A stretch of 64,000 nucleotides of DNA from Candidatus Latescibacterota bacterium (GCA_965217585.1 OZ244561.1:3232001-3296000); one strand, 5' to 3'; counted from the stretch's first letter, positions 40,829 to 51,230 are shown. Program-made: numbers and translations. The notes: generated by a model not told the origin, from the letters alone.

Positions 40829-42355
40829 TCAAGGCGCGTACAGATTGTGCGAACGGTATTGAAAAAAGATCATCCGCCGATTCTGTTCTCCCGTCCACGG
40901 ATAAGCCCCGTGCGCCTGCGCCGACCCCAAGAACAGCAGCACGTCGCCCGCCTTCATAGCCACGTGTTTAACTAGCCCCATTTCGTTATCGCAGGTGCGA
41001 ATGCCGTCGGGCATGGGGTAAGCGGTTTTGTGCGAGCCGGGCACGCAGACAAAGCCCCCGTCGGCCGGCGTCACATCGCGCAATTGCCAAGCCACGTTGA
41101 GGTATTCGGCGTACACGCGGCCATTCTGTTGGCGGTAGTGATTGCCCACCTTGGCTGGCGTGGCGGCCGAGTGCAGAGAGTGCCCGGACGACCCTTTTCC
41201 GGACAGGAAGCCGCTGCACATCATGCATTCGAAGCCGCTGCCCATGATCCAGTTCAGGCGCTGGACTAGCGCCGGATCGGCGATCATGCGCTGGAACGGC
41301 TCGCCGTATGGCGCGGGCAACGCCCACGGGTTGCCCATGGACGAGCGGCCGACTCCGGTGCCGGCCAGCGGCGTTGAATCGCCGGCAGCCGACCCGCCGT
41401 GGCTAATTCGGTCGGGATTTTGGTCGATGGCTTCGTTGGCCGCTGCCAGCCATTCCTCGTCCATCACGCCCCGCAAAACGAGGTGGCCGCACAGGTCCCA
41501 GTGGAAAAATTCCTTTTCGTCAATCTCGGAATCTGGGTCGCGGATGTAGATCGAGGGATGGAAAGTTCCCGGCTCCTCCGCCAGCCAAACCTTTTCGCCA
41601 TCCGAATGCACCACCGGCGACGGGTACGGGCGGTTGGGATTGTGCAAGACGGCGCGCTGGATATCGGTCAGATCGTCGGCCCACTCGGGCGGCGCGCTGT
41701 CGTCGCCGCGGATTTCGGACGCTGCCCCTGGCCGTACGCCAGTGCTGATGTACTCGCATTCGAGCAGGCGTTGCGGCCCCGCGCCCTGCCAAGGCCGCAA
41801 GCCCCGCATCAGCGACTCGGTGCAGAGCAGGAGATCGCCCGCCTGCAAGACCGGCTGCTCGACGAGTTCCATAGGATCGGTTCCGTCAATTAGGTCTTGC
41901 GGGGCCGGGACCGTGTTGTTGTGGCTGGCCGGTACTACGACCAAACCCCCATCCTCTGCGCCCACGTCTGCCAGCGCCCAGAAGGCCCGCACTCCTTGGC
42001 AGAAGCGATTCCCATTGTACTGCCGATACGCCCGCGACCAATCCACCCACTCGTCGCCACCCGACAGGTCCGTCGTTTCGGCGCATGACTCGACGAGTCG
42101 CGGCGATTCGTCGAGCCGGAAGCCCTCGCCGCAAATCTGCTCCAGATACTGCATTAGCACTGGATGCTCGCGCAGGGCGCGCAGGGGATTGCAAGCGGGC
42201 GACGTCCAGCGCAGCGGGCCGTTGTCAGACGCTAGCTGGTCCAGGGCCTGATTGCAGGCGTTCAGTTCGGCTGCCGTCAGGACGCCGGGGACGATCATGT
42301 ACCCCGCCACGTCGAAGCGGTAGTTTTCTTCATTGGTCATCATCTTGTCGTCCAT
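40829..42355 (-). CDS. Tandem-domain phytanoyl-CoA dioxygenase (PhyH) family protein
   Basis: Two domains each with (F/W)D..G..., GG..(V/C)VP(A/G)SH and AGD.LL; RBS gaggagg. Confidence 0.85.
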   Translation of the reverse strand: MDDKMMTNEENYRFDVAGYMIVPGVLTAAELNACNQALDQLASDNGPLRWTSPACNPLRALREHPVLMQYLEQICGEGFRLDESPRLVESCAETTDLSGGDEWVDWSRAYRQYNGNRFCQGVRAFWALADVGAEDGGLVVVPASHNNTVPAPQDLIDGTDPMELVEQPVLQAGDLLLCTESLMRGLRPWQGAGPQRLLECEYISTGVRPGAASEIRGDDSAPPEWADDLTDIQRAVLHNPNRPYPSPVVHSDGEKVWLAEEPGTFHPSIYIRDPDSEIDEKEFFHWDLCGHLVLRGVMDEEWLAAANEAIDQNPDRISHGGSAAGDSTPLAGTGVGRSSMGNPWALPAPYGEPFQRMIADPALVQRLNWIMGSGFECMMCSGFLSGKGSSGHSLHSAATPAKVGNHYRQQNGRVYAEYLNVAWQLRDVTPADGGFVCVPGSHKTAYPMPDGIRTCDNEMGLVKHVAMKAGDVLLFLGSAQAHGAYPWTGEQNRRMIFFQYRSHNLYAP

Positions 42356-42480
42356 GAGGTCCTCCTCGCGGTTCTCAGTGGAATCGACGGATCCCTTTGT
42401 GATCCCTCGCCAATTTGGTATCATAGTAGCCCGTAAAAAAATGACGCGCAACTAACGCCTTATGGCAGAGGAGGTTCGCC

Positions 42481-43485
42481 GTGAAGATCACCCAAGTAGA
42501 GCTGTACGAAGTCGAAATCCCGCCGATCCCGGCAATCGCCCGCTACTATCCCAAGATCTACGACATCACCCTCTGCCGCGTGCAGACGGACGAGGGCTTG
42601 GAGGGCTGGGGCGAGTTCATCGACAAAAAGTCTGTCGGTCAGGAGCAAGTCGACGCTCTCGTGGGCCAAGACCCGCTGGCCTTGGACCCGTACGACCGTC
42701 CAGACGCGTTCACCTGCGCGCTGCTCGACATTGCGGGCCAAGCCTACGGCATCCCGCTGCACCGCTTCTTTGGGGCGCAGGTGCGCGACAAGGTGCCGGT
42801 GTCGTACTGGTCGTGCCCCATGACGCCAGAAGAGACCGCGGCCGAGGCGGAAATAGGGGCCGAGCAGGGCTTTAGCAACCACAAGCTCAAGGCGCGCTCG
42901 TGGAATATTGTCGAGACGGTGCGGCTGATGAAAGAAGCGGCAGGGGCCGACTACACGGTCGGCATCGATCCCAATACTGAATTCGCCCTGCTGCCGACTG
43001 GCGCGCGCTTGGCGAGCGAATTGGAGCCTTTTGGCACGGTATCGGTCTTTGAAGATCCCATCCTCAAAAACAATCTCGAATGGTATCGCATCCTGCGCGA
43101 GAAGACCCACATTCCCATCGCCCTGCACTTGGGGGCACCGTCCGGCGTGCTGGCGGCGCTCAAGGCTGAGTGTATTGACTACGTGAACTTGGGCGGCTCG
43201 GCGCTGCAAGTGCGGAAGGCGGCGGCGCTGGCGGAGGCTGCGGACGTGCCCTGCTGGGTTCAGATGGGCGGGTTGTGTACCGGGGTGATGGCGGCCTACT
43301 CGGTGCATCTACAGGCGACGTTGCCCAATGCTACGCTGCCGTGCGACGAGTTGCCCTTTACGCGGGAGGCCGATGTTGTGGCCGAGGGGCTGGCGCTGGA
43401 GAAGGGGCACTTTACCGTGCCCACAGGGTCGGGGTTGGGGATTAAGGTCGATATGGAGGTGGTGGAGCGCTATCGCGTCGCTTGA
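42481..43485 (+). CDS. Mandelate racemase/muconate lactonizing enzyme family protein
   Basis: MKIT.VE, TDEGLEGWGE, ALLDIAG, HKLK, DPN, FEDP, PTGSGLGI. Confidence 0.88.
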   Translation: MKITQVELYEVEIPPIPAIARYYPKIYDITLCRVQTDEGLEGWGEFIDKKSVGQEQVDALVGQDPLALDPYDRPDAFTCALLDIAGQAYGIPLHRFFGAQVRDKVPVSYWSCPMTPEETAAEAEIGAEQGFSNHKLKARSWNIVETVRLMKEAAGADYTVGIDPNTEFALLPTGARLASELEPFGTVSVFEDPILKNNLEWYRILREKTHIPIALHLGAPSGVLAALKAECIDYVNLGGSALQVRKAAALAEAADVPCWVQMGGLCTGVMAAYSVHLQATLPNATLPCDELPFTREADVVAEGLALEKGHFTVPTGSGLGIKVDMEVVERYRVA

Positions 43486-43498
43486 GAAAGAAAGACTC

Positions 43499-43744
43499 AT
43501 GAAGCCGTTCGAGAAATGCCCAGTATGCAGCGGGGAGTTGGTGAGAAAGGACGTTGAAAAACTTCTCCATGGCGGAAAGCATACTGCCGTGATTAGCGTT
43601 TCTGCAGAAGTATGCCTTCATTGCGGAGAAAGATTGTATTCAGAGGGTACAATCAAACGTTTTGAAGAAATCCGTGTAAAACTAGCCCAGGAACAGACCA
43701 CGGATTTTCAGCCGATGGGACAAGCCTTTCAAGTCAATAGCTGA
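43499..43744 (+). CDS. YgiT/MqsA-type zinc-finger protein (orphan antitoxin-like cassette remnant)
   Basis: CPVC...AEVCLHCGERLYS; followed by attC. Confidence 0.8.
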   Translation: MKPFEKCPVCSGELVRKDVEKLLHGGKHTAVISVSAEVCLHCGERLYSEGTIKRFEEIRVKLAQEQTTDFQPMGQAFQVNS

Positions 43745-43756
43745 TTCTCTGCCAGC

Positions 43757-43841
43757 GTATAACAACGGCCACACGACAACGGGGCATTCTCCCCTACGTC
43801 TAACTCGCTACGCGAGTTCGTGTGGCCGTAACTCGTTAAAG
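43757..43841 (+). other. attC site
   Basis: gtataac ... ggccacacga / tcgtgtggcc ... gttaaag. Confidence 0.75.
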
Positions 43842-44128
43842 GAACATGGGATGAGGCTGCATATTCACAGTGTATATTCACTATTGAGACAGAGCAGCTG
43901 CGGGTAGTTCTGGAGCGGCTGCCCCTGAAGTTACTCGGTTGGCAAGATACGTATGGGGCTGCCTCCAACGTGAAAGCCGAGAAGCTCGCTGCTGGTCCGC
44001 AGGACGGAAAGATCGTTGTGCCTGACTGAGTGCTAGCGCGACTCAAACCAAGACTGTCGTAATGTATCGCAGAGTATACCACGTTCTCTAAAATTCCGTT
44101 GATGCTACGTGCCGTTTGGCGCTTAGGG

Positions 44129-44340
44129 CACATCCTCATCGCCCTGCACCTGGGATCGCCGCCCGACGTGCTGGCGGCGCTCAAGGCTGGGTGCATTGAC
44201 TACGTGAACTTGAGTGGCTCGGCGATGCAAGTGCGGCAGGTGGCGGCGCTGGCGGATGCTGCGGACGTGCCGTGCTGGATCCAAATGGGTGGGTTGTGTA
44301 CCGGGGTGATGGCGGCCTACTCAGCGCATCTACAGGCGAC
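44129..44340 (+). pseudogene. Duplicated internal fragment of the enolase-family gene (43108-43319)
   Basis: IALHLG.P..VLAALKA.CIDYVNL...QMGGLCTGVMAAYS.HLQAT. Confidence 0.9.
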
Positions 44341-44400
44341 CATAGGGAAATGCCCGGCCCATTATGGGCTGGGCATTATGGCCTTCGCGTCGTCGCGCTA

Positions 44401-44566
44401 CCGGAAATTCAAGAATCATCTATCTCAATATATTACAATAGGTTATGTGTAATATATCAGCTTCGCAGTGTTGGTTTGCGGCTGTTTACACGAATACGTA
44501 CCTTCGGGTCAGATAAGTAGCACTTGGCGGCGATTACCCAAACCAATTGTTCGGGTACAAATAGAT
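44401..44566 (+). repeat. attI-like platform, copy 1 (core interrupted by IS)
   Basis: Homologous to 52446-52587 and 58316-58476; cgtaccttcgggt.agata, cggcgattaccc.aaccaattgttcgggtacaa. Confidence 0.75.
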
Positions 44567-45637
44567 TAGGACTTACGCAGTTGGATAGTTTAGGATAAGA
44601 TAGAAGCTACTCCCCCTCCGCCGCGAGCCAGTCCGATGAACCCAGCCAAGTGTGCAGACCACGACTACATCCACTTCCTGATCGCCGCTCAGTGCGCCTT
44701 CAGTTGTACTGAGGCCGCCCGCTGTCATCCTGAAGGGGGCCCTACGCCATCCCATGACGCCTTCACGCGCCTGCTCACAAGACAGCCTCCCGATACCGAG
44801 GCGTTGTGGCGAGAGACGCAGGGACTGGTCACCCTTCAGGGCGGCGTGTTGGCTCTGGACGATTCCACCTTGGACAAGCCCTATGCCAAGCGGATCGAAC
44901 TGGTGACGCGCCATTGGAGCGGCAAACATCACCGGGTGGTCTTGGGCATCAATCTCATAAGTATGGTCTGGTCGGACGGCCTCGCTTGCATTCCCTGCGA
45001 CTTCCGCGTCTATGACAAGCCGATCGGGGGCCACAACAAGAACGAGCACTTCCGGGCGATGCTGGCCAGTGCCCAAGCGCGCGGCTTTCAGCCCGAGTGC
45101 GTGGTGTTCGATAGCTGGTATGCTTCCCTCGACAACCTCAAGCGGATTCGCGCCTACGATTGGTCTTGGCTGACGCGCCTCAAGGCCAACAGACAGGTCA
45201 ACCCCGATGGGAGCGGCAACGTGGCGATCGGCTCTGTTGCCATCGAACCGGAAGGCCGGCGGGTGCATCTCAAGGGCTATGGGTTCATCCAGGTGTTTCG
45301 GACGGTCTCGGCAAACGGAGACGCGCAATACTGGGCAACCAACGACCTGGAGATGGCTGTCAGCCAGTTTGAGGCGTGGTCCAAGCGGGCGTGGTCCATT
45401 GAGACCTACCACCGAGGCCTCAAGCAGTGTTGCGGCGTCGAGCAGGCGCAGGTTCGGTCGGCACGGGCGCAGATGAACCATATCGCGTTGTCGATTCGCG
45501 CCTTCGTGCGGTTGGAGGTGCATAGACTCCAAACCGGTGTCAGTTGGTATGAAGCCAAAAGGAACATCATCCGAGAGGCTGTCCGGCTGTATCTGCAACG
45601 ACCACTGCACAGGCTCAACTCAACTGCGTAAGTCCTA
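44567..45637 (+). mobile_element. IS701-family element
   Basis: IR taggacttacgcagttg / caactgcgtaagtccta; target duplication tagat (44562-66, 45638-42). Confidence 0.9.
44636..45631 (+). CDS. IS701-family transposase
   Basis: SHDAFTR, LDDSTLDK, FDSWY, WSIETYHRGLKQ. Confidence 0.93.
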   Translation: MNPAKCADHDYIHFLIAAQCAFSCTEAARCHPEGGPTPSHDAFTRLLTRQPPDTEALWRETQGLVTLQGGVLALDDSTLDKPYAKRIELVTRHWSGKHHRVVLGINLISMVWSDGLACIPCDFRVYDKPIGGHNKNEHFRAMLASAQARGFQPECVVFDSWYASLDNLKRIRAYDWSWLTRLKANRQVNPDGSGNVAIGSVAIEPEGRRVHLKGYGFIQVFRTVSANGDAQYWATNDLEMAVSQFEAWSKRAWSIETYHRGLKQCCGVEQAQVRSARAQMNHIALSIRAFVRLEVHRLQTGVSWYEAKRNIIREAVRLYLQRPLHRLNSTA

Positions 45638-45733
45638 TAGATATGAAAATTCAGCATTTTGCAGTATATCTACAGAATAAAGGACGATATACCGCATATC
45701 CGCCGTTCAATCACTAGTTAAGTATCCGAAGCC

Positions 45734-47068
45734 ATGAATAGAGAGCATTTCTTGGACGATCTTGAGAAGTATCCGGTTGAGGGTGGAGATATTCCACCGA
45801 TCCTAGATCGAAGCGACGGGGGCTATGCATCTTGGCACATCAGGCTCCTTGCATGTCTTCAACGCGAACAGATGATATGGAGAAGCCAACCGGAGTACCC
45901 CTACCTTTCCGTCGACGCTGAAGCACTGAACCGGTGCCACTCAACCATCGGCAGGGCCGTTCTACTCGCTCATGAGTTCTTGTTGCAGAACCTAAGCCGA
46001 AAAGAACTAGGCCGGATTATGGCCGCTGGCATAGTCGGTGGCGGGGTATATGCAGGCATTACACCGACATCAGACTTCTTACCGGAAGGGGCAGCCAACC
46101 CCAATGCCCACTGCCTCTGCGCCTTCAACCATCCTCTATACATCAGATCTACACCGTTCATGGCAGAGGGTATCTGGCTCCTCGTCCTAGACGAAGACCA
46201 ACCTTATCAGTACGCTGTAGCGGATATAGATAGCTCTGAGTCGCACTCATTCCCTCTGTTGAACTCCCTGCCGTTGGGACCATATAGGGAGCTCCAGTCT
46301 CACTTTCGTGAGCGGTATAGACAGAGCCGAAAACCACTCAATGCAGATGAGCTTGCAGAGTTGGATGAATTCATCAGTACTGTTTTCGAGGCTAACCAAA
46401 AGGTCTTGAAAGAGGCTGAGCACTACCACCTGCGTCACAAGGACAAAAAGTCCCGGTACACCCATCCAGCGCCATGGCTCACACCGTTTGGTAGGCTGGT
46501 GCATGACGAGGAAGGTGAGCCCAGCATCGAGCACAACCTCGCACTCCTTCACTGCACGAAGGCTATCGAGGAGTTCAACTGTGCCAAGAACGCGGAGGAC
46601 AGCGGGAACGATGGGCGAAAAGTGATTCATGGAGCATACTGCATAATCGCCTTGGCAGCTTTTATTGAGGCGGCTGCTAACCGAGCGTACTTCGTTTCAA
46701 AGGGTTCACATGTCGTCTCGACTGATAACCAGACTTCGACCGCCCGCCTTCTCTCTGAAGCCGAGCAAATAGCACATAGACGGGACGATGCCCCACAGCG
46801 ACGGTTTAAACGGTTGAAACAGAGTTCCGAAGAATACAGAGCACTAGAGGAAGTGCGTCAGATTCGGAATAAGCTGATTCATGCAACTGAAGCTGCTGTC
46901 CCGATCGATCAAGGAGTGGGAGCATCAGAGCTTGTCGCCTGTCTCACGGTTGAGAATTGCAGGCGTCTGCTGTCTCTTGTGAGGAAGGCCCTAGTTCACA
47001 TTGTTGAACAGGTTCCTGAGATCGGTTTGCAGGTCCGACTCGACGAACAAGGTGAGATGGCTAGGTGA
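45734..47068 (+). CDS. Hypothetical cassette protein with C-terminal HEPN-like domain
   Basis: AAFIEAAAN helix and RNKLIH (Rx4H) motif. Confidence 0.65.
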   Translation: MNREHFLDDLEKYPVEGGDIPPILDRSDGGYASWHIRLLACLQREQMIWRSQPEYPYLSVDAEALNRCHSTIGRAVLLAHEFLLQNLSRKELGRIMAAGIVGGGVYAGITPTSDFLPEGAANPNAHCLCAFNHPLYIRSTPFMAEGIWLLVLDEDQPYQYAVADIDSSESHSFPLLNSLPLGPYRELQSHFRERYRQSRKPLNADELAELDEFISTVFEANQKVLKEAEHYHLRHKDKKSRYTHPAPWLTPFGRLVHDEEGEPSIEHNLALLHCTKAIEEFNCAKNAEDSGNDGRKVIHGAYCIIALAAFIEAAANRAYFVSKGSHVVSTDNQTSTARLLSEAEQIAHRRDDAPQRRFKRLKQSSEEYRALEEVRQIRNKLIHATEAAVPIDQGVGASELVACLTVENCRRLLSLVRKALVHIVEQVPEIGLQVRLDEQGEMAR

Positions 47069-47177
47069 GTGGGAGGTCCCGTGAGAGCATCAAGTGGGTG
47101 ACCTCATATGCAATTGAACGCGACGGACTTATGGGAATACAGAGTTGACCGTGTTCGCCTTTCTGGTTCAATTGGTT

Positions 47178-47269
47178 CAAAAACGTGGAAGAATCCCGTC
47201 TGTGGGCATTCGCCTCTTGGCCTTTGGCACCCCGCATACGCGGGGTCGTAAATGGTGAGAGCGTTAGGC
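47178..47269 (+). other. attC site with degenerate left end
   Basis: Internal sequence homologous to the sites at 50775 and 62349; ends in gttaggc. Confidence 0.65.
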
Positions 47270-47297
47270 GACATCGACATCTTCGGGGAGAAGTGAC

Positions 47298-47729
47298 ATG
47301 GAGCGAGTCTTCAGAGCGCTCGGTACGGTCCTCGTGGCGGTCGTTCTCTTGGCGATAATTGGCCTGGGGATCGGGACGACGCAGCCGATGCCCGATAACG
47401 CCGTGGTCCTGCTTGATCAGTTGGAAGAGACCTACATCGCACCGCCTTGTCTTGAGTTCTCCGCAGAGCAGGAGGCCGAGTTTTCAAGACTCATGGGGGA
47501 CGTCTTCACCTTCGAGGATTCCATCGGCGTCTTCGAGGATATGACGGGGCTTCGTTACGCGGATGCGGCTAGGGCACGTCGCCTTAAGTTTCGTCCTGAT
47601 CCAGACTGCCGTGATCAAGGTGCTTTCACCAGCGATGGACGCAGCTTGACAGGGCTCGTCCTTCAGAACTTGGGAGTTCTCCCGGAGAAGCCCCGACGGT
47701 GGACCGACGACGGAGGCTGGAACTGGTAG
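47298..47729 (+). CDS. Hypothetical membrane-anchored cassette protein
   Basis: RBS ggag; N-terminal TM; bounded by gttaggcgac / gtcgcctaac. Confidence 0.7.
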   Translation: MERVFRALGTVLVAVVLLAIIGLGIGTTQPMPDNAVVLLDQLEETYIAPPCLEFSAEQEAEFSRLMGDVFTFEDSIGVFEDMTGLRYADAARARRLKFRPDPDCRDQGAFTSDGRSLTGLVLQNLGVLPEKPRRWTDDGGWNW

Positions 47730-47751
47730 TGCGGGGTGCCTCGGCCACGTC

Positions 47752-47842
47752 GCCTAACAGGTCCACTAGCGACTTCGGCCACTGCGTGGCCTCCACGAAC
47801 ACCTGCTTACGGCGGGCGTCACTAGTGGCCAAGGCTTTAGGT
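47752..47842 (+). other. attC site
   Basis: gcctaac ... ccactag / ctagtgg ... tttaggt (G of GTT altered). Confidence 0.8.
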
Positions 47843-47873
47843 GTAATCAAAATTCTGTATTGGGAGCGAATTA

Positions 47874-49559
47874 ATGCATCTGAAATCAATAATGCTCAGG
47901 AACTTTGGTCCTTTTCGAAAGTACGAGATACAGTTTCCGGAAGAAGACCAAGTGTGTGCTCTACTTACAGGAAAGAACAATGAAGGAAAGTCCTGCATCA
48001 TACGAGCACTTAAGCTGTTAAACGCTGCAACAAAGGTAGTTGGTCAGAATCGCCAAATAATCAATATCAATGGTGATGAGAGATATCGACTGTTACAGGT
48101 AGATTTAGATGGTGTTGTAGTTGGACGATTGGTACATAATTATCAGGAGACTATTGCAGAAATCAGAGGGACATTCAGCAATGGGATTAGGATAGAAGTG
48201 TTTCTTGATCCGATGCAAGACATTGTATATGCCGATCATATTGGTCAAGTGCCCAAAGAATTACGTGAAAGCATCGGCTTTATCCCTCCTCTCGGCCCAG
48301 TTGCAGAAGTTGAAGAACCGCTTACAGAACGCTACCTCCGATCTGTCGTTGATACTTCTCTTGCCCCGAGACACATAAGGAATCACTTCCGATTTATCTT
48401 AAGTAAAGATGAATTTGAACTTGTCCAAGACATTGTATCCAATACTTGGTCCGATGTAACCCTTCTTCGATGCGAACACGATGTGACTCAGAATCAGCTA
48501 AACACCTTTTACAAAGAAGGTCGTTGGGAACGAGAAATTGCGTGGGCAGGGCAAGGTCTTCAAGTTTGGTTTCAGATAGTTTCACACTTAGTTCGACTAC
48601 GGGACAAGCTACTAATAGTCTTTGATGAACCAGAAGTCAATTTACATCCGGAAAAACAGAATGATCTTGTTAGGTTAGCCCACGAGTATTGCCTAGGAAG
48701 TGCAATTATCGCTACACATTCTGTTGAGCTTATGAACAATGTCAGCGTTAGTCACATAGTTCATGTAGAGAAATCCAAAAGTAAACCAAAACCAAAGTCA
48801 ACTGATGATAGAACCCATCTTGAAATAGTGCGGTCTAGTATTGGTAGCAATTTCAACCTGATTGCCTCGCAATTTGATGACGTTGATGCTCTTGTATTTA
48901 CTGAAGATACTCAAGACTTCAAGACGGTAATAGCATTCGCGTCTCGACTCCGTATCAACGCTCGGTTATTCAATATTCCTTTGCATGGTTTTTCTGGGTA
49001 TAAAAAAGTAATCTATTACAAAGATGCCTATAATCTGCTAATTGGCAGAGAAATTGACTGTAGAGTTTTGTTGGATAGAGATTTTTACCCTGTTGACTAT
49101 TTAGAATCAGTGCGAAATGAGATGGAGAAACAAAGTATTCAGGTATTGTTTACTCCAGGAAAAGAAATAGAAAACTGTTTCTTGAGTCCCAAAATAATAG
49201 ATAAAATTATACCCAGAAATGAACGTAGTAGATTCGACACATTCTGGAACGAAGTCTACGAAGATCTTTACTATGATTGCTACGGGAGTTTTCTGAAACT
49301 ACATGAGGATTTTTTACCTTCGGGATTGGATACAAAGACTATAACTACTAAATATGGTCCTCAATTCAATAAAAAGTGGCAATCGCATGAATATCGACAT
49401 TTGTTAGTGTCAGGAAAAGTAGCTTTGAAAAAATTGCGAAAGTTCTATCGGGATACTACAGGAGACAACCTATCTCTCAAGCTTCTCCTTGATAGAGTTA
49501 AGCAATCGGGAGATTCAGATCTATCTCTAATAACTAAATCAATCTTTGGAAATGGATAG
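47874..49559 (+). CDS. ABC ATPase + TOPRIM-like fusion (OLD/PARIS-like nuclease), AT-rich cassette
   Basis: LRNFGPF, GKNNEGKS, GQGLQ, DEPEVNLHP, ATHS, FTED..D, LLDRD, KEIEN. Confidence 0.8.
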   Translation: MHLKSIMLRNFGPFRKYEIQFPEEDQVCALLTGKNNEGKSCIIRALKLLNAATKVVGQNRQIININGDERYRLLQVDLDGVVVGRLVHNYQETIAEIRGTFSNGIRIEVFLDPMQDIVYADHIGQVPKELRESIGFIPPLGPVAEVEEPLTERYLRSVVDTSLAPRHIRNHFRFILSKDEFELVQDIVSNTWSDVTLLRCEHDVTQNQLNTFYKEGRWEREIAWAGQGLQVWFQIVSHLVRLRDKLLIVFDEPEVNLHPEKQNDLVRLAHEYCLGSAIIATHSVELMNNVSVSHIVHVEKSKSKPKPKSTDDRTHLEIVRSSIGSNFNLIASQFDDVDALVFTEDTQDFKTVIAFASRLRINARLFNIPLHGFSGYKKVIYYKDAYNLLIGREIDCRVLLDRDFYPVDYLESVRNEMEKQSIQVLFTPGKEIENCFLSPKIIDKIIPRNERSRFDTFWNEVYEDLYYDCYGSFLKLHEDFLPSGLDTKTITTKYGPQFNKKWQSHEYRHLLVSGKVALKKLRKFYRDTTGDNLSLKLLLDRVKQSGDSDLSLITKSIFGNG

Positions 49560-50733
49560 GGCTTTGGTGCATGAATCGGTGTTTTTTCGGTTGCTCGTTT
49601 GAATAAAAACAGGCTCCTCAGTAGATTGAGCACGACTCTCGCTAAAAAACCCATGCCTTCTCTTCCAAGGAACCTGTCATGTCCAACGTATCGTCTTGCC
49701 CGTCTTCGGTCAAGCCCTGTCGCCGTCGCTCGAAGGTCGGGTATCGGGTGCGTAATTGGCCGGACTACGATGCGGGGCTACAACAGCGCGGTAGCTTGAC
49801 CGTGTGGTTCACGCCCCAAGCGGTCGAAGCGTGGTATTATCAAGGGCCGCCCCAACGGGGGGCCCAATATACCTTTTCGGATGGTGCCATCCAAACGGCG
49901 TTGACGCTGCGGCTTTTGTATCACTTGCCGCTGCGCCAAACCGAGGGGTTCGTCGCTTCGGTGTTGGCCTTGATGGGCTTGGCGGTACGGGTGCCGGATC
50001 ACACGACCCTATCGCGGCGTCAGGCCGACTTGGCGGTGGCGATGCCTACACAGCCCAAGGATCAACCCCTGCACTTGGTCGTCGACGCGACGGGGTTGAA
50101 GGTGTATGGCGAAGGCGAGTGGAAGGTGCGTCAGCACGGCTGGAACAAGCGGCGCACGTGGCGCAAATTGCACCTCGGCGTGGATGAAGCCACCGGCGAG
50201 ATCGTTGCACAGACCTTGACGACGAATAGCCAAGATGATGCGGGGCAGGTCGAGCCGTTGCTGGATCAAGTCGAAGCCCCCATCGGAGCGGTGGGCGGGG
50301 ATGGAGCCTATGATCGGCGCAAGGTGTTTGAGGCGTTGGCCGCGCCAGACCGGGGCCCGCCGATGCGTCCGATCATTCCGCCGCGCAAAGACGCCAAGAT
50401 TGAGCAACATGGCAACCGCAAAGCCGAGCCGTTGCCGCGCGATGAGACGATCCGAACCATCCGTAAACGGGGCCGTCGAACGTGGAAAAAAACCAGCGGC
50501 TATCATCGCCGCTCCATCGTCGAAACCCAGATCGGCCGCTACAAACAGATCCTCGGCGACACCTTGCGTGCCCGAACCCTACCCCACCAACAGACCGAAA
50601 CACGGGTGGGCTGTGCCGTGCTCAACCGGATGCGGGCGTTGGCCAAACCCGAGTCCTATCCGATAACCAAAAAAGCATAAATCACACGAGACAGGGGGCA
50701 ACACGGCCCCGCCGGTTTTCATGCAACAAAGCC
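49560..50733 (+). mobile_element. IS5-family (IS903-like) element
   Basis: IR ggctttggtgcatgaa / ttcatgcaacaaagcc; 9-bp target duplication aatggatag. Confidence 0.92.
49679..50680 (+). CDS. IS5-family transposase
   Basis: NWPDY..L.QRGSLTVW, VDATGLK..GEGEW, WRKLHL, GDGAYD, GYHRRS.VET. Confidence 0.93.
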   Translation: MSNVSSCPSSVKPCRRRSKVGYRVRNWPDYDAGLQQRGSLTVWFTPQAVEAWYYQGPPQRGAQYTFSDGAIQTALTLRLLYHLPLRQTEGFVASVLALMGLAVRVPDHTTLSRRQADLAVAMPTQPKDQPLHLVVDATGLKVYGEGEWKVRQHGWNKRRTWRKLHLGVDEATGEIVAQTLTTNSQDDAGQVEPLLDQVEAPIGAVGGDGAYDRRKVFEALAAPDRGPPMRPIIPPRKDAKIEQHGNRKAEPLPRDETIRTIRKRGRRTWKKTSGYHRRSIVETQIGRYKQILGDTLRARTLPHQQTETRVGCAVLNRMRALAKPESYPITKKA

Positions 50734-50774
50734 AATGGATAGTCGAGTTATATCAATGTTGATGATTTAATTAC

Positions 50775-50863
50775 ACCTAACACATCCATTTTCGCTACGA
50801 GGTATTCGCCCCTTGTCTTTGGCACCCAACATAAGCGGGGTTGTAGATAGCGAAACGTCATAT
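50775..50863 (+). other. attC site
   Basis: attacacctaac complements ttaggtgtaat (47837); ttcgcta / tagcgaa stem; right end gtcatat is degenerate. Confidence 0.75.
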
Positions 50864-50954
50864 GCCATGCATACAAACCATAGGCAGTTCACATCGACAC
50901 ATCGATACGGACCATCGCTGTTTGCAGCCAAGAGTTTTGTAGGATCTAAGAGAT

Positions 50955-51230
50955 ATGAAGCTGTTGACTAGTGACTCATTCAAGAAAGCAAAGACTTTCG
51001 TGAGGGATCAGGGCCGGGAATTAGAAAGACGGCTTCTATCGTATTATTTCGATGATGGAGCTCCAGTCGCGGTTCTAGACGAACTTGCTAGCTATCAGAA
51101 TCAGGATGGCGGTTTCGGCAATGGCCTTGAACCCGATCTCCAATTGCCCGATTCATCCGTTATCACGACGACCATTGCGCTACGCATTCTCAAAGAGGTC
51201 AAAGCGACTAGTAATGACGAGATTGTCCAG
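50955..51230 (+). pseudogene. Truncated 5' duplicate of the gene at 53378
   Basis: MKLLT.DSFKKA.TFV..QGRELERR... near-identical, including upstream 50914/53336. Confidence 0.85.

Noticed and set aside
43842-44128. Additional cassette between attC 43757 and the enolase fragment
   Set aside because: Only a startless short frame and a very degenerate attC-like half; not supportable
44573-45610. 345-aa minus-strand ORF (also 54321..55253 and 42460..43308)
   Set aside because: Shadow frames of transposase/enolase genes in GC-rich coding DNA
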